Positions 47,169-59,100 of a stretch of DNA of 64,000 nucleotides are shown piece by piece; the first letter of the stretch is position 1, and every line of letters starts with the position of its first letter. Both the position numbers and the translations under genes were made by a program. Origin of the DNA: Propionibacteriaceae bacterium (GTDB lineage Bacteria > Actinomycetota > Actinomycetes > Propionibacteriales > Propionibacteriaceae); contig JAISHO010000037.1 of assembly GCA_031262485.1 (NCBI GenBank), positions 123,166 through 187,165 of the forward strand, written 5' to 3'. The notes under the pieces were generated by a model. It saw only the letters and a list, made by a program, of their open reading frames with translations, had not been told where the DNA came from and searched no databases.

Positions 47169-50100
47169 TCAGTCGCTGCGGCGGCGTCCGCGCCTGACGA
47201 GGATTCCCCCGACCGTCAGACTGGCGAGGGCGACGATGATGGTCGCCAACCCGATCGTCGTGCCGGTGTTGGGGATCCAGCCCTTCCCCGTCGTGGTCGG
47301 CGTCGTCATCGGGGAGGCGCCGTAGGTCACCGTCCGTCCGTTGTCGACGATGATGGTGATGTTCCCCCCGGTCTTGCCGGTGGGCGTCCCACCGCTTGGG
47401 GCCGGCGACGGAGTCGGAGTCGGATCGTCGTTGATGATGGGGCCGTGATGGTCCGGGTTCGGCGTCGGCGGAACGTCCGTCGTCGTCGTCACGGTCGACG
47501 GCACCGGCGGGCACTCGTTCGTGAAGGCCCGCAGCACCGGAGCATTGTCCCGGGTCAGCACAGCCTGGAGGAGACGGTCGTCGACGTCGGCCTGGGACAT
47601 GTCGCCGGTGCACGCGATCGTGTCGGGCGTGTGGGTCGTGCCGCTGGCGGTGTTCGACACCCCGCCGGCCTCGACGTCCGCGTCGGTCACCGTGTACGGC
47701 GGGGCCGAACACGTCATCGAGTCACCGGGAGCCAACTCGCCCGCCGGGCAGGTGACGGTCCCGACCATGTCGTCGCTCACCGTCAGCCCGCTCAGCGTCA
47801 CCGTGCCAGTGTTCGTGAAGACGAAGCTGTAGGTGATCGTCTCCCCGGAGTCGGCCAAGCCGTCGCCGTCCTGGTCGTCGAGGCTGGCGTTCTTGACGAA
47901 GGTGTACTTCGGGTCGGAACGCGGCGTGACGGTGTTCGATCCGGGCGGCGAGGTGATGTCGTCTCCGCCCGGGGTCTTGCCGGAGGCGGTGGCGCTGTTG
48001 GCGATCGTGCCGCGGTCGAGGTCGGCCTGGGTGACGGTGTACGGCGCGGTGCATTGCGTGCTGGCGCCGGGAGCCAGGCTGTTCACCGGGCAGGTCACCG
48101 TCACACCGGCGGCTTCGAGCGTCGGGTCGGAGACGGTGATGCCACTCATCGTGACCGCCCCGGTGTTCGCCACCGTGATGGTGTAGCGCAGCGTCTCGCC
48201 GAGGTCGGCGACGCCGTTGCCGTTGCTGTCGTCCAACGTCGAGGACTTCGAGACGGTCAGACCGGGATGGTCGTCGACGCCGGTCGTCTCGGTCGACGGC
48301 GGCGTGGGCACGTCGTCACCGCCCGGCGTCTTGCCCCGCCCGGAGGCGGTGTTGACGAGCGAACCGGAGTCGATGTCGGCCTGGGTGACGGTGTATTCCG
48401 CCGTGCAGGTCGTCGACTCGCCCGGGCCCAGCACGATCGACGGGCACGCCACCGGCGTGTTCGTCCGCGTCATCATCGGGTCGTCGACGCTCAAGGAGTT
48501 GAGCGAGACGGTGCCGGTGTTGGTGATGGTGAAGGTGTACTGGATCGTCTCTCCGGCGTCGGCCAACCCGTCGCCGTCATCATTGGTGATCGTGGCCGTC
48601 TTGACCATGGTCACGCCGTCGGTGTCGTTGGCTGGGGTCTCGACGTCGTCGGGCGGGCTCGTCACCGGCGCCGGCGGCGTGCCGCCCCCACCGGAGGGTG
48701 TCGGCGGTGTGGCCGTGGCGGTGGCCTCGTTGCGCACGACACCGGCGTCGACATCCGCCTGGGTGACGGTGTACGACGCGGTGCACTCAGCCGTGCCGCC
48801 GGGTGCGATCGAATCGGCCGGACAGGAGATCGCCACACCGGCGTCCGTGAGCTTCGCATCGTCGATACCAGGAGCGGTCAGAGTGACCATCCCAGTGTTC
48901 GTGATGGTGAAGGTGTAGTCGATCACCTCGCCCACATCAGCCAAGCTGTTGGCGTTGCCGTCCTGGAGCGAGGCGCTCTTGGCGACGGTCAAGCCGGGTG
49001 TCGAATCCGACGGGGTCGTTGTCGTGCCCGGAGGCGAGGGCGGCACATCGCTGCCGTCGGGCGTCTTGCCGGTGGCGGTCGCGCTATTGGCGACCGAGCC
49101 AGCGTCGACATCGGCCTGGGTCACCGTGTAGATGGCGGTGCAGGTCGCCGTCCGCTTGGGTTGGATCGGGCCGGCCGGGCAAGTGATCGCCACGCCGGCG
49201 GCCTCGAGCTTCGGGTCGCTGATCGCCGGAGCGGTCACCGTGACGCCGCCGTTGTTCGTGATCGTGAAGGTGTACGCGATCGTCTCCCCGGCGTCGGCCA
49301 AGCCGTCGCCGTCGAGGTCGCGCAGCGTGCCCTTCTTCTCCACCGACAGACTGGGGTTGTCGTCCGTCGTCGTCGTCGTCTCGCCCGGGGGCGAGGTGAT
49401 CGGCGTGCCCGACGGCGGCACGGCGGTGGCGGTCGCGCTGTTAGCGATCGTCCCCTTGTCGACATCCGCTTGGGTGACGGTGTACGTCGCCGTGCACTCG
49501 GAGGAGGCGCCTGGGGCCAGCTGGCCGGCCGGGCAGGTCGGCGTCACCCCGGCGGCTTTCAGCATGGCGTCGTCGACGCCGATCCGAGCCACCGTCGTCG
49601 TCCCGGTGTTCGAGATGGTGAAGGTGTAGGTGATCGTCTCCCCGGCGTCGGCCAAGCCGTCGCCGTCGAGGTCGTTGAGCGTGGCCTTCTTGACCACCGA
49701 GACCGCCGGGGTCTGGTTCGACGGCGTGTCGGTGGTGTCTGGCGGCGAGGTCGGCGGCGCCATCGGCGGGGTGATCCCGCCGGGCGGGTTCGCCGTCGCG
49801 GTGGCCTCGTTGTGAACCGTGCCCGCGTCGACGTCGGCCTGGGTGACGGTGTAGGAGGCCGTGCAGACGGCCTTGTCCCCCGGTGCGATCGGGCCAGATG
49901 GGCAGGTCGGCGTCACGCCAGCGGCGGTCAACTTGTCGTCGGACACGCTCGGCCCGCTCAGGGTGACCGACCCGGTGTTCGTGATGGTGAACGTGTAGTC
50001 GATCGTCTCCCCCACATCGGCCAGCTGGTTGAAGTTGGCGTCGTTGAGCGAGGCCGCCTTGTCGACGGTGAGCGAGGAGGTGCTGTCGCCGGGCGTCGTC

Positions 50101-53100
50101 GTCGTGCTGGGCGACGAGGGCGGCGTCGTTCCCCCGTCCGGCGTCGTGCCGGTGGCGGTCGCGCTGTTGACGACCTGTCCGGCGTCGACATCCGTCTGGG
50201 TGATGGGGTACGTCGCCGTGCAGGTGGCCTTCTCTCCGGGTGCGATCGGGTCGCTCGGGCAGGTCGGCGTCACACCGGCCAGGGCCAGCTTGGTGTCGCT
50301 GATGGCCGGGGCGGTCACGGTGACGGCGCCGGTGTTCGTGACGACGAAGGTGTAGTCGATCGTCTCACCGGCGTCGGCTAGGTCGTCGCCGTCCTTGTCG
50401 TTGAGTTTCGACGTCTTGACGACGCTGAGCGACGGGGTGTCGTCGACCGTCGTCGTGTCGGTGTCCGGCGGCGAGGTGATCGGGTCGCCCGAGGGCGGGT
50501 TGCCCGTCGCGGTGGCGACGTTCGTGACCGATCCGGAGTCGATGTCGCCTTGGGTGACGGTGTACGTCGCCGTGCATTCGATCGATCCTCCCGGCGCGAT
50601 CGGGCCCGCCGGGCAGACCGGTGTGATCCCGGCTCCGGCCAGCTTCGCGTCGTTGATCTTCGGCGAAGACATCGTGACATTGCCGATGTTGCGAACGGTG
50701 AAGGTGTAGGCGATCGTCTCCCCGGCGTCAGCCACGAGGTCGCCGTCCTGGTCGGCCAGCAGGCTCGTCTTCACCATCGTCAGCGCGCCATGGTCGTCGA
50801 CATCGGTCGTGTCGCCGTCGGTGCCCGTGCCCGGACCACCCGGTGTGGTGACCGTGGCGGTGGCGGTGTTGGCGACGACGCCGGCGTCGACCTGCTCCTG
50901 GGTGACGACGTGGACGGCTGAGCAGGTCAGCTGTTCACCTGGGGCGATCGCGGTCGCCGGGCAGGTGACGTCGACGCCCTCGGCCTTCAACATCGGGTCG
51001 CTGATGGCGGCCGCGGAGGCCGTCACCGTGCCGGAGTTGGTGATGGTGAAGGTGTAGGTGATCGACTCCCCGGCGTCGGCCAAACCGTCGCCGTCGAGGT
51101 CGTGCAGGGTGGCCGACTTCGTCAACCCGATGCCCGGGGTTTGATCCGAGGGCGTCGTCGTGTCGTCCGGCGGCGAGGTGATCGGGTCGCCGGTCGGAGG
51201 GTTCGCCGTGGCGGTGGCGCTGTTGGCGACCGATCCGGCGTCGACATCCGTCTGGGTGACGGTGTGAGCGGCGGTGCACTCGAGCGTCTTGCCCGGCGCG
51301 ATCGAGGAGACGGGGCAGGTGACCGTCGTCCCCAGCGCGGCGAGCGACGGGTCGTTGATCGTGATGCCACGCAACGTCGTCATCCCGGTGTTCTCAACGG
51401 TGAAGACGTAGCGGATCATCTCGCCCACATCCGCCTTCCCATTGCCATCGCGGTCGTCGAGTTGGGCTTGCTTGGAGACGGTGACGCCCGGGGTGTCGTC
51501 GCCCGGAGTCGTCGTCGTGCTCGTCCCCGGCGGGGTCGTCCCGCCGTTCGGCTGATCCGGGGTCGGCGGCGTCTTGGCCGTGACGGTGGCCTCGTTCTCC
51601 ACCCCTCCGGCGTCGACGTCGGCTTGGACCACCGTGTACGAGGCAGAACAGACGAGGTCGGAGCCCGGCTTGAGCGGGGTCGTCAGCTCGGGGCAGGTGA
51701 TGTCGACGCCCTTCTGAGTGAGGAACGGGTCGTCGATATGCGGCGCGGTCACCGAGACGTTGCCACTGTTGGTGACGGTGAAGGTGTAGGTGATGACGTC
51801 TCCGACATCGGCTTTCCCGTCGCCGTCGGCGTCGCCATTGGTGAGGGAGGCCGCCTTGACGAGGTCGACCTTGGGCGTGTTGTCGACGGTCGTCGTCACG
51901 GTCGACGGCGCCGGCGGCGTCGTCCCGCCGTCCGGGTGGTCCGGAGTCGGCGGCGTCTTAGCGGTGGCGGTGGCCTCGTTGAGGATCGTCCCGGCATCGA
52001 TGTCGTCTTGGGTGACGGTGTAGACGGCGGTCGCCTGAGCGGTCCCCTTCGGCGGGATCGGATCGGCCGGGAAGGTGACGGCGACGCCGGCGGCGGCCAG
52101 CTTCGGGTCGTCCACCGTTGGCGTGTTGACGGTGACATTGCCGGTGTTGGTGACGGTCAGCGTGTAGGTGATCTTCTCCCCCACGTCGGCCTTGCCGTCG
52201 CCATCGAGGTCGTCGAGCGCGGCGTCCTTGCGCAGGGTGATCGCGCTCGTCGTGTCGGTCGTCGTCGTCGTCGTGTCGGTCGCCGGCGGCACGTCGCCAG
52301 CCGGGGACTTGCCCGTGGCGGTGGCGGTGTTGGCGATCTGACCGGAGTCGACGTCTTGCTGAGTGACGGTGTACACGGCCGTGCAGGTGAGCGTCCCGCC
52401 AGGCGTGATGGCCGTCTTCGGGCAGGTCGGCGTCACCGACGGGGTGGCGGCGGCCAGCTTCGGATCGGCGATCGTCACGGCGTCGTCCCCGCCGCTGATC
52501 GTGACGGTGCCCGTGTTCGTGACGACGAAGGTGTAAGTGATGACCTCGCCGGCGTCGGCGTAGCCGTCCTTGTCGAGGTCGGCCAGGGAGGCAGTCTTCT
52601 TCAGCGTCATCGCCGGCGTGTTGTCGACGGTCACGGTGTTGTCGTCCGGTGGCGAGGTGATCTTGTTGCCATCCGGCGGGGTTCCGCTGACGGTGGCGGA
52701 GTTCGTCACCGCCCCGGCGTCGATGTCGGCCTGGGTCACCGTGTAGGTGGCGGTGCATTTCGCGGTGTCACCCGGGGCGAGCGGGCCGGTCGGGCAGGTG
52801 ATCGTCGTGTCCGCGGCCCCGAGTTTGGCGTCCTGGGCCTCGAGCAGGCGCATCGTCACCGTGCCGGTGTTCGTGACGGTGAAGGTGTAGTGGATCGTCT
52901 CGCCCTTGTCGGCCTTCTCATTGACGACGATCGTGTCGTTGAGGGTCGAGGTTTTGTCGACGCTCAACCCTGGGGTCGTGTTCGACGGGGTCGTCGTCGT
53001 GTCCGGCGGCGAGGTCGTCGTCTTACCGGTCGGATCCGTGCCGGTGGCGGTGGCGGAGTTGTTCACCGACCCGGCGTCGACGTCCGCCTGAGTGACGGTG

Positions 53101-56100
53101 TAGGTGGCGGTGCACGTGCGCGTGCCGCCCGGAACGATCGGCTCGCTCGAGCACGTGACTGTCCCGATCTTCGGGTCGTTGACGGCCGGCTTCGTCACCG
53201 TGACCGACCCGGTGTTGGTGATGAGGAAGGAGTAGTCGATCGTCTCCCCGACGTCGGCCTTCCCGGCGGTGTGGCCAGCGGCGTCGACGTCGTTGAGCGT
53301 GGCGGTCTTGTCGATCGTCAGAGAGGAGTTCGTGTCGACCGTGGTGGTGGTCGTCGTCTCGCCACTGTGCGTCGGCGGATCGCCCGCCGGGTTGTCGGCT
53401 GTGCCGGTGGCGACGTTGTGGACCTGTCCCTTGTCGACGTCGTCTTGGGTGACGGTGTACGTCGCCGTGCAGTCGGTCGACTCGTCGGGCGCCAAGGTCG
53501 TCTTCGGGCAGGTGATCGCCACGGGGTCCGGTGTGACGGCGGCCAGCATGTCATCGTCGATGACGAGATTCGTCAACGTGACAGTGCCCTTGTTGGTCGC
53601 GGTGAAGGTGTAAGCGATCGTGTCGCCGGCGTCGGCCAGACCGTCGCCGTCGGCGTCGTGGGCGAGCTTGGCGCTCTTGACGACGGTGAGGTTCGGCGTC
53701 CGGTCGGTCGGAACGTTCTTATTCGACGGCGGCGTCGTCACCGTCGTGCCGTCGGGATGGTCCGTGGTCGGAGGGGTCGTCGCCGTGCCGGTCGCCTCGT
53801 TGGCGACAGATCCGGAGTCGACGTCCGGCTGAGTGACGGTGTATGGCGTCGATGTGCACGTCATCGAGGCGCCGACGGCCAGCGTCGTCTCCGGGCACGT
53901 GATCGTCACGGCCGGCGTGGCGGCGTCCAGCTTCTCGTCGGTGATCGTCGGGTTCGACAAGGTGACCTCGCCGGTGTTGCGCAGAACGAAGCTGTAGACG
54001 ATCGTCTCTCCGACGTCGGCCAGGCCATCGTCGTCGCCGTCGGTCAAGGCGGCTTCCTTCGTCACGACGAGCCCGCCGGCGTAGTTCGAGGGCACCTCGA
54101 CATCGGTCGTCCCGCTCGGCGGCGGCACCGGATCACCACTGGGGTCGGTGCCCTGGACGGTGGCGGCGTTCTTGATCGAACCCTTGTCGACGTCGGCTTG
54201 GGTGACGGTGTACGTCGCCGTGCAGACGCGTTCCGCTCCGGGCGCGATCGTGCCGGCCGGGCAGTCGATCGGCACCGGCGTCGGCTGGACGGCGTCGAGC
54301 ATGGGGTCGTCGATGTCGAGGCCGTAGAGCGTCGTCGTGCCGGTGTTCGTGGCGGTGAAGGTGTAGGTGATCGTCTCCCCCACGTCGGCCAGGCCGTCGA
54401 CGTGGCCTTCGGCGGTGGTGTCGTTGAGCTGGGAGGTCTTGACCATCTTCAAGCCGTTGCGGCTGTCGGTCGTCGTCGTCGTCGTGTCCGTCCCGGTCGG
54501 CGGGGTCACGCCGTCAGGCGGCGTGGCTGTGGCGGTGACGGAGTTGTGAACAGACTTGGCGTCGACGTCGGCCTGGGTGACGGTGTACGTCGCCGTGCAG
54601 GTGATGGAGTCGCCGGGCGCGACGGCGCCCTTCGGGCAGTCCGGTGTCACGGCCGGGTCGGCGTTCGCCAGCAGCGGGTCGTCGAGCGTCGGGTCGGTCA
54701 GCGTCACCTCGCCGGTGTTCGTCACCGTGAAGGAGTAGTCGATCGTCTCCCCCGGGTCCGCGAGGCCGTCGCCGTCGCCGTCGTTGAGCTTCGCGGTCTT
54801 GTCGACGGTGATGGCCGGGGTCCGGTCGGTGTCGGTCGTCGTGTCGCTCGGCGGTGAGGTGATGGGGTCGCCCGAAGGCGTCGTGCCCTTGGCGGTGGCC
54901 GAGTTCTCCACCGACCCCTTGTCGACGTCGGCTTGGGTGACGGTGTACGTGGCCGTGCATTCGCGGCTGTGTCCCGGGTCAATCTGGTCGGGCGGGCATG
55001 TCACCGTCACGGCCGGATCGGCTCCGGCCAGCATCGGATCGTCGATCTGGGGCGCGGTGATGGTGACCTGGCCGGTGTTGGTGACGGTGAAGGTGTAAGC
55101 GATCGTCTCGCCGAGATCGGCCAAGTCGTTGCCGTTGCCGTCGTTGAGGGTGGCCTTCTTCGTCACCGTCAGCCCGGGCTCGTCGTTGGCGTCGGTGGTG
55201 TGGGTGTCCGGCGGCGAGGTGACGGGGTCGGGCGGGGTGTCGCTGCCTGACGGCGTCGGCGGTGTCGCCGTGGCCGTGGCGGTGTTCTCCACCTTTCCGG
55301 CGTCGATGTCGGCCTGGGTGACGGTGTAGGTCGCCGTGCAATCGAGGGTCTTCCCCGGCAGGATCGGCTCGTCGGGGCAGGTCGGGATGACGTTGGCGTC
55401 CTTGAGTTTCGCGTCGGTGATCTCCGGGGCGGTCATGGTGACATTGCCGGTGTTGGTGATGGTGAAGGTGTAGTCGATTGTCTCCCCCACGTCGGCCAAC
55501 TGGTTGGCCGTCACGGTGTCGTTGAGCGTCGCCTTCTTCTCCACCGTCAACGCCGGGGTGTTGTCCGTCGTGACGTCGTGGTTCCCCGGTGGGGAGGTGA
55601 CTTCGGCCGGCGGCGTCGTCGAGCCGGTCGGCGTCGGCGGCTGCCCGGTGGCGGTCGAGGTGTTGTGCACCGTTCCGGAGTCGACGTCCTCCTGGGTGAC
55701 GGTGTAGCCCTTGGCCGTGCAGACCATCGAGCTGTTCGGCGTCAACGTCTCCGAGGGGCAGTCGACCGTCAGGGCGGGGACGGCGTCCTGGAGTTTCTGG
55801 TCATGGCCGGTGACGTCGGTGAGGGTGACGGTGCCGGTGTTGGTGATCGTCAAGGTGTAGTCGATCAACTCCCCCACATCGGCCTTGCCGTCGCCGTCCT
55901 CATCGTGCAATTCGCCCTGCTTGAGGACGGTGAGAGCCGGCTCGACATAAGCGGGCACCTTGGCGGAGGTTTCCGGCGTCGTCGTCGTTCCGGTCGGTGT
56001 CTTCGCCGTCGCGGTCGCGGTGTTGTCAACCGAACCGGCGTCGATGTCGGCCAGGACGGTCGTGTAGAGAGCGGTGCAGGTGACGGAGCCGCCGGGAGCG

Positions 56101-59100
56101 ACATCGCCGCTCGGGCAGGATATCGCCACGCCGGCCGCGGCCAGTTTCGCGTCGTTGACGACGGGGTCGGTCAGGGTCACCTTGCCGTTGTTCGTGAAGA
56201 CGAAGGTGTAGGTGATGTTCTCACCCGCGTCAGCCAAGTTATTGCTGTTCGTGTCGACGAGACTGGGCGTCTTCGTCAACGTCGCCGAGGCGGTCGTGTC
56301 GACGGTCGTGACGGTGTCGTCCGGCGGTGTGGTGTTCGAATCCCCGCCGGGGGTCTTCGTCGTGCCCGTCGCCGAGTTCGGCACCGAGCCCTTGTTGACG
56401 TCGGCTTGGGTGATGTCGTAGCGCGCGGTGCAGGTGAGCGTCGCGCCCGGTTCGACCGGGCCGGCGCCGCAGGTGATCGGGGCCCCAGCGCTCGCGAGCA
56501 TCTCATCGGTGATGACCGGGTCGCTCAAGGTCACCTTGCCGGTGTTCGTCAAGGTGAAGGTGTAGTTGATCCGCTCGCCGGCGTCGCCCGTGCCGTTGCC
56601 GTTGGCGTCGGCCAGAGTGGCCACCTTGTCGAGGGTGGACGAAGGCGTGTCGTCGACCGGCGTCGTCGTCTTGCTCGGGTCGGAGGGCGGAGTCGTCCCG
56701 CCGTTCGGGGTCGTCGCCGTGGCCGTCGCCTCGTTGGCCACCGTGCCATTGTCGATATCGGTCTGAGTGACGGTGTAGGAGGCGGTGCATTCAGCCGTGC
56801 CACCAGGCCGGATGACGTCGCTCGGGCAGGTGATGGTGACGCCCGCGGCCGTCAACTTGGCGTCGCTCACCTGCGGCGCACGCACCGAGACGTTGCCGCT
56901 GTTCGTGACGGTGAAGGTGTAGTCGATCGTCTCACCGGCGTCCGCCAGTTGGTTGGCGGTGACCGTGTCGTTGAGCGTCGCCTTCTTGACAAGGGAGACC
57001 TCCGAGGTGGAGTCGACCGGAACGTCGGTCTGCACCAGGGGCGAGGTCACCTTCGTGCCGTCTGGGGATTTCCCGGTGGCGGTGGCGGTGTTGTGGACGG
57101 AGCCGGAGTCGACGTCGTTCTGGTTGACGACGTAGCTGGCCGTGCAGGTGATCGTCGCGCCCGGAGCCAAGGGCCCGGTCGGGCAGGTGATCGTCACCCC
57201 CGAGGAGGTGATCTTGGCGTCGTCGACCGTCGGGTCTGTGATCGTGACGGCGCCGTTGTTCGTGACCTTGAAGCTGTAGTCGATCGTCTCGCCGACGTCG
57301 GCCTTGTCATCCCCGTCACCGTCGACCAGCGACGGCGTCTTCTCGATCGCCAAGGACGGCTTGTCATTGGCTGGGGTGGTCGTCGTGGTCTCCGGCGAGG
57401 TCGGCGGTGTCACTCCGTTCGGCGGTGTCGCGGTCGCGGTCGCCGCGTTGTCGACCGAACCATGGTCGACGTCCTGCTGAGTGACGGTGTACGTCGCGGT
57501 GCAGTCGACATGCCCGGTCGGAGCGATCACGCCCGCAGGACAGGTGATCGACACCCCGGCGGCCTTGAGCTTCGCGTCGTCGATGACCGGAGCCGTCACT
57601 GACACGTTGCCCGTGTTCGTCACGGTGAAGGTGTAGTCGATCGTCTCACCCACATCAGCCAAATCGTTGACGGTGACGGTGTCGTTGAGCTCGCCCTTCT
57701 TCACCACCGTCAACGACGACGTGCGCGTCGACGTCACCGTCGCCGTCGCCTCGTTCGAGGGCACCTCCTTGTTGGAGGGATCGTAGGCGGTCGCAGTGGC
57801 CGTGTTCGTGATCGTGCCGGCGTCGACGTCGGCCTGAGTGACGGTGTAGGAGGCCGAACAGGTCACGACCGCTCCCGCCGGCTGCGTTCCCTCGGCGTTG
57901 GGGCAGGTGATCGTCGCGCCGGCCGCCTTGAGCATGCGGTCGTCGACCGCCATGCCATGGAGGCTGACGTCGCCGGTGTTCGTCACGGTGAAGGTGTACG
58001 TCACCGTCTCCCCCACATCAGCCGAACTATTGTTGTTCGCGTCGACGAGGGTGGCCTTCTTCGCCAAGGTCTGGCTCGCCTTCGTGCTGGTCGGCGTCTC
58101 CGTCGTGTCGGTGTTCGTCACCCCGGGGGTGCCGTCGGAGGAGTTGCCCTGGGCATAGGCGGTGTTCGTCACCTTGCCGGCGTCGACGTCGGCTTGGGTG
58201 ACGGTGTAGCCCGTCGCCGTGCACGTCGTCGAGGCTCCCGGAGCCAACGTCGTCAACGTGCACTTTGGCACGATGTTGGCCTCGCGCAGTTTGGCGTCGA
58301 CGATCTCGTTCGAGTAGATCGTGATCGTGCTCGTGTTCGTGACGTCGAAGGTGAAGTCGATCGTCTCGCCGACCTGGGCGACGCCATCGCCGTTCGTGTC
58401 GTTGAGATGGGCCGTCTTGACGAGGGTGCCGCCGCGAGTGACGTCGAGGTTGACGACGGCGGTGCCCGTCTGAGGCGTCGGCGGAGTGACGCCGGCGGGC
58501 GGAGTGCCCGTGGCGGTGGCGGTGTTCGTGAGGATCCCGGCGTCGATGTCGGACTGGGTGATCGTGTACGTGGCGGTGCACTCGAACTGAGCGAAGGCGG
58601 TCAGCGACGGGTGCGTGCACGACAGGTCGGGGATCTTCGGATCGGTGACGTTGACGTCGGTGAGGGTGACCGACCCGTTGTTCGTCACCGTGAGGGTGTA
58701 GGTGACCGTCTCTCCCACGTCGCCGAGGTCGTCGCCGTCGAGGTCGTTGAGCTGGCTCACCTTGGTGAAGCTGAGGCTGGCGTGCCGGTCGGTCGGCACC
58801 GAGGCGGTGTCCTGCGGCGAGGTCACCGTCGTGTTGGACGGCGAGACACCGGAAGCGGTGGCGTGGTTGACGATGGCGCCGTCGTTGATCTCCCGGGAAG
58901 GCACCGGATGGTTGGCCGTGCAGGTGACGGAGGCGCCGGGCGCCAGGTTCGCCGTGCCGCAGCTGACGGTTCCCAGTTTGTCGTCGGTGACGGAGATCGA
59001 ATGCAGCGTCTGCGAGCCGGTGTTGGTGACGAGGAAGGAGTAGGTGATCGACTCGCCGGCGTCGGCCTTGGCGTCGCCGTCGGCGTCGTTGAGGGTCGCC

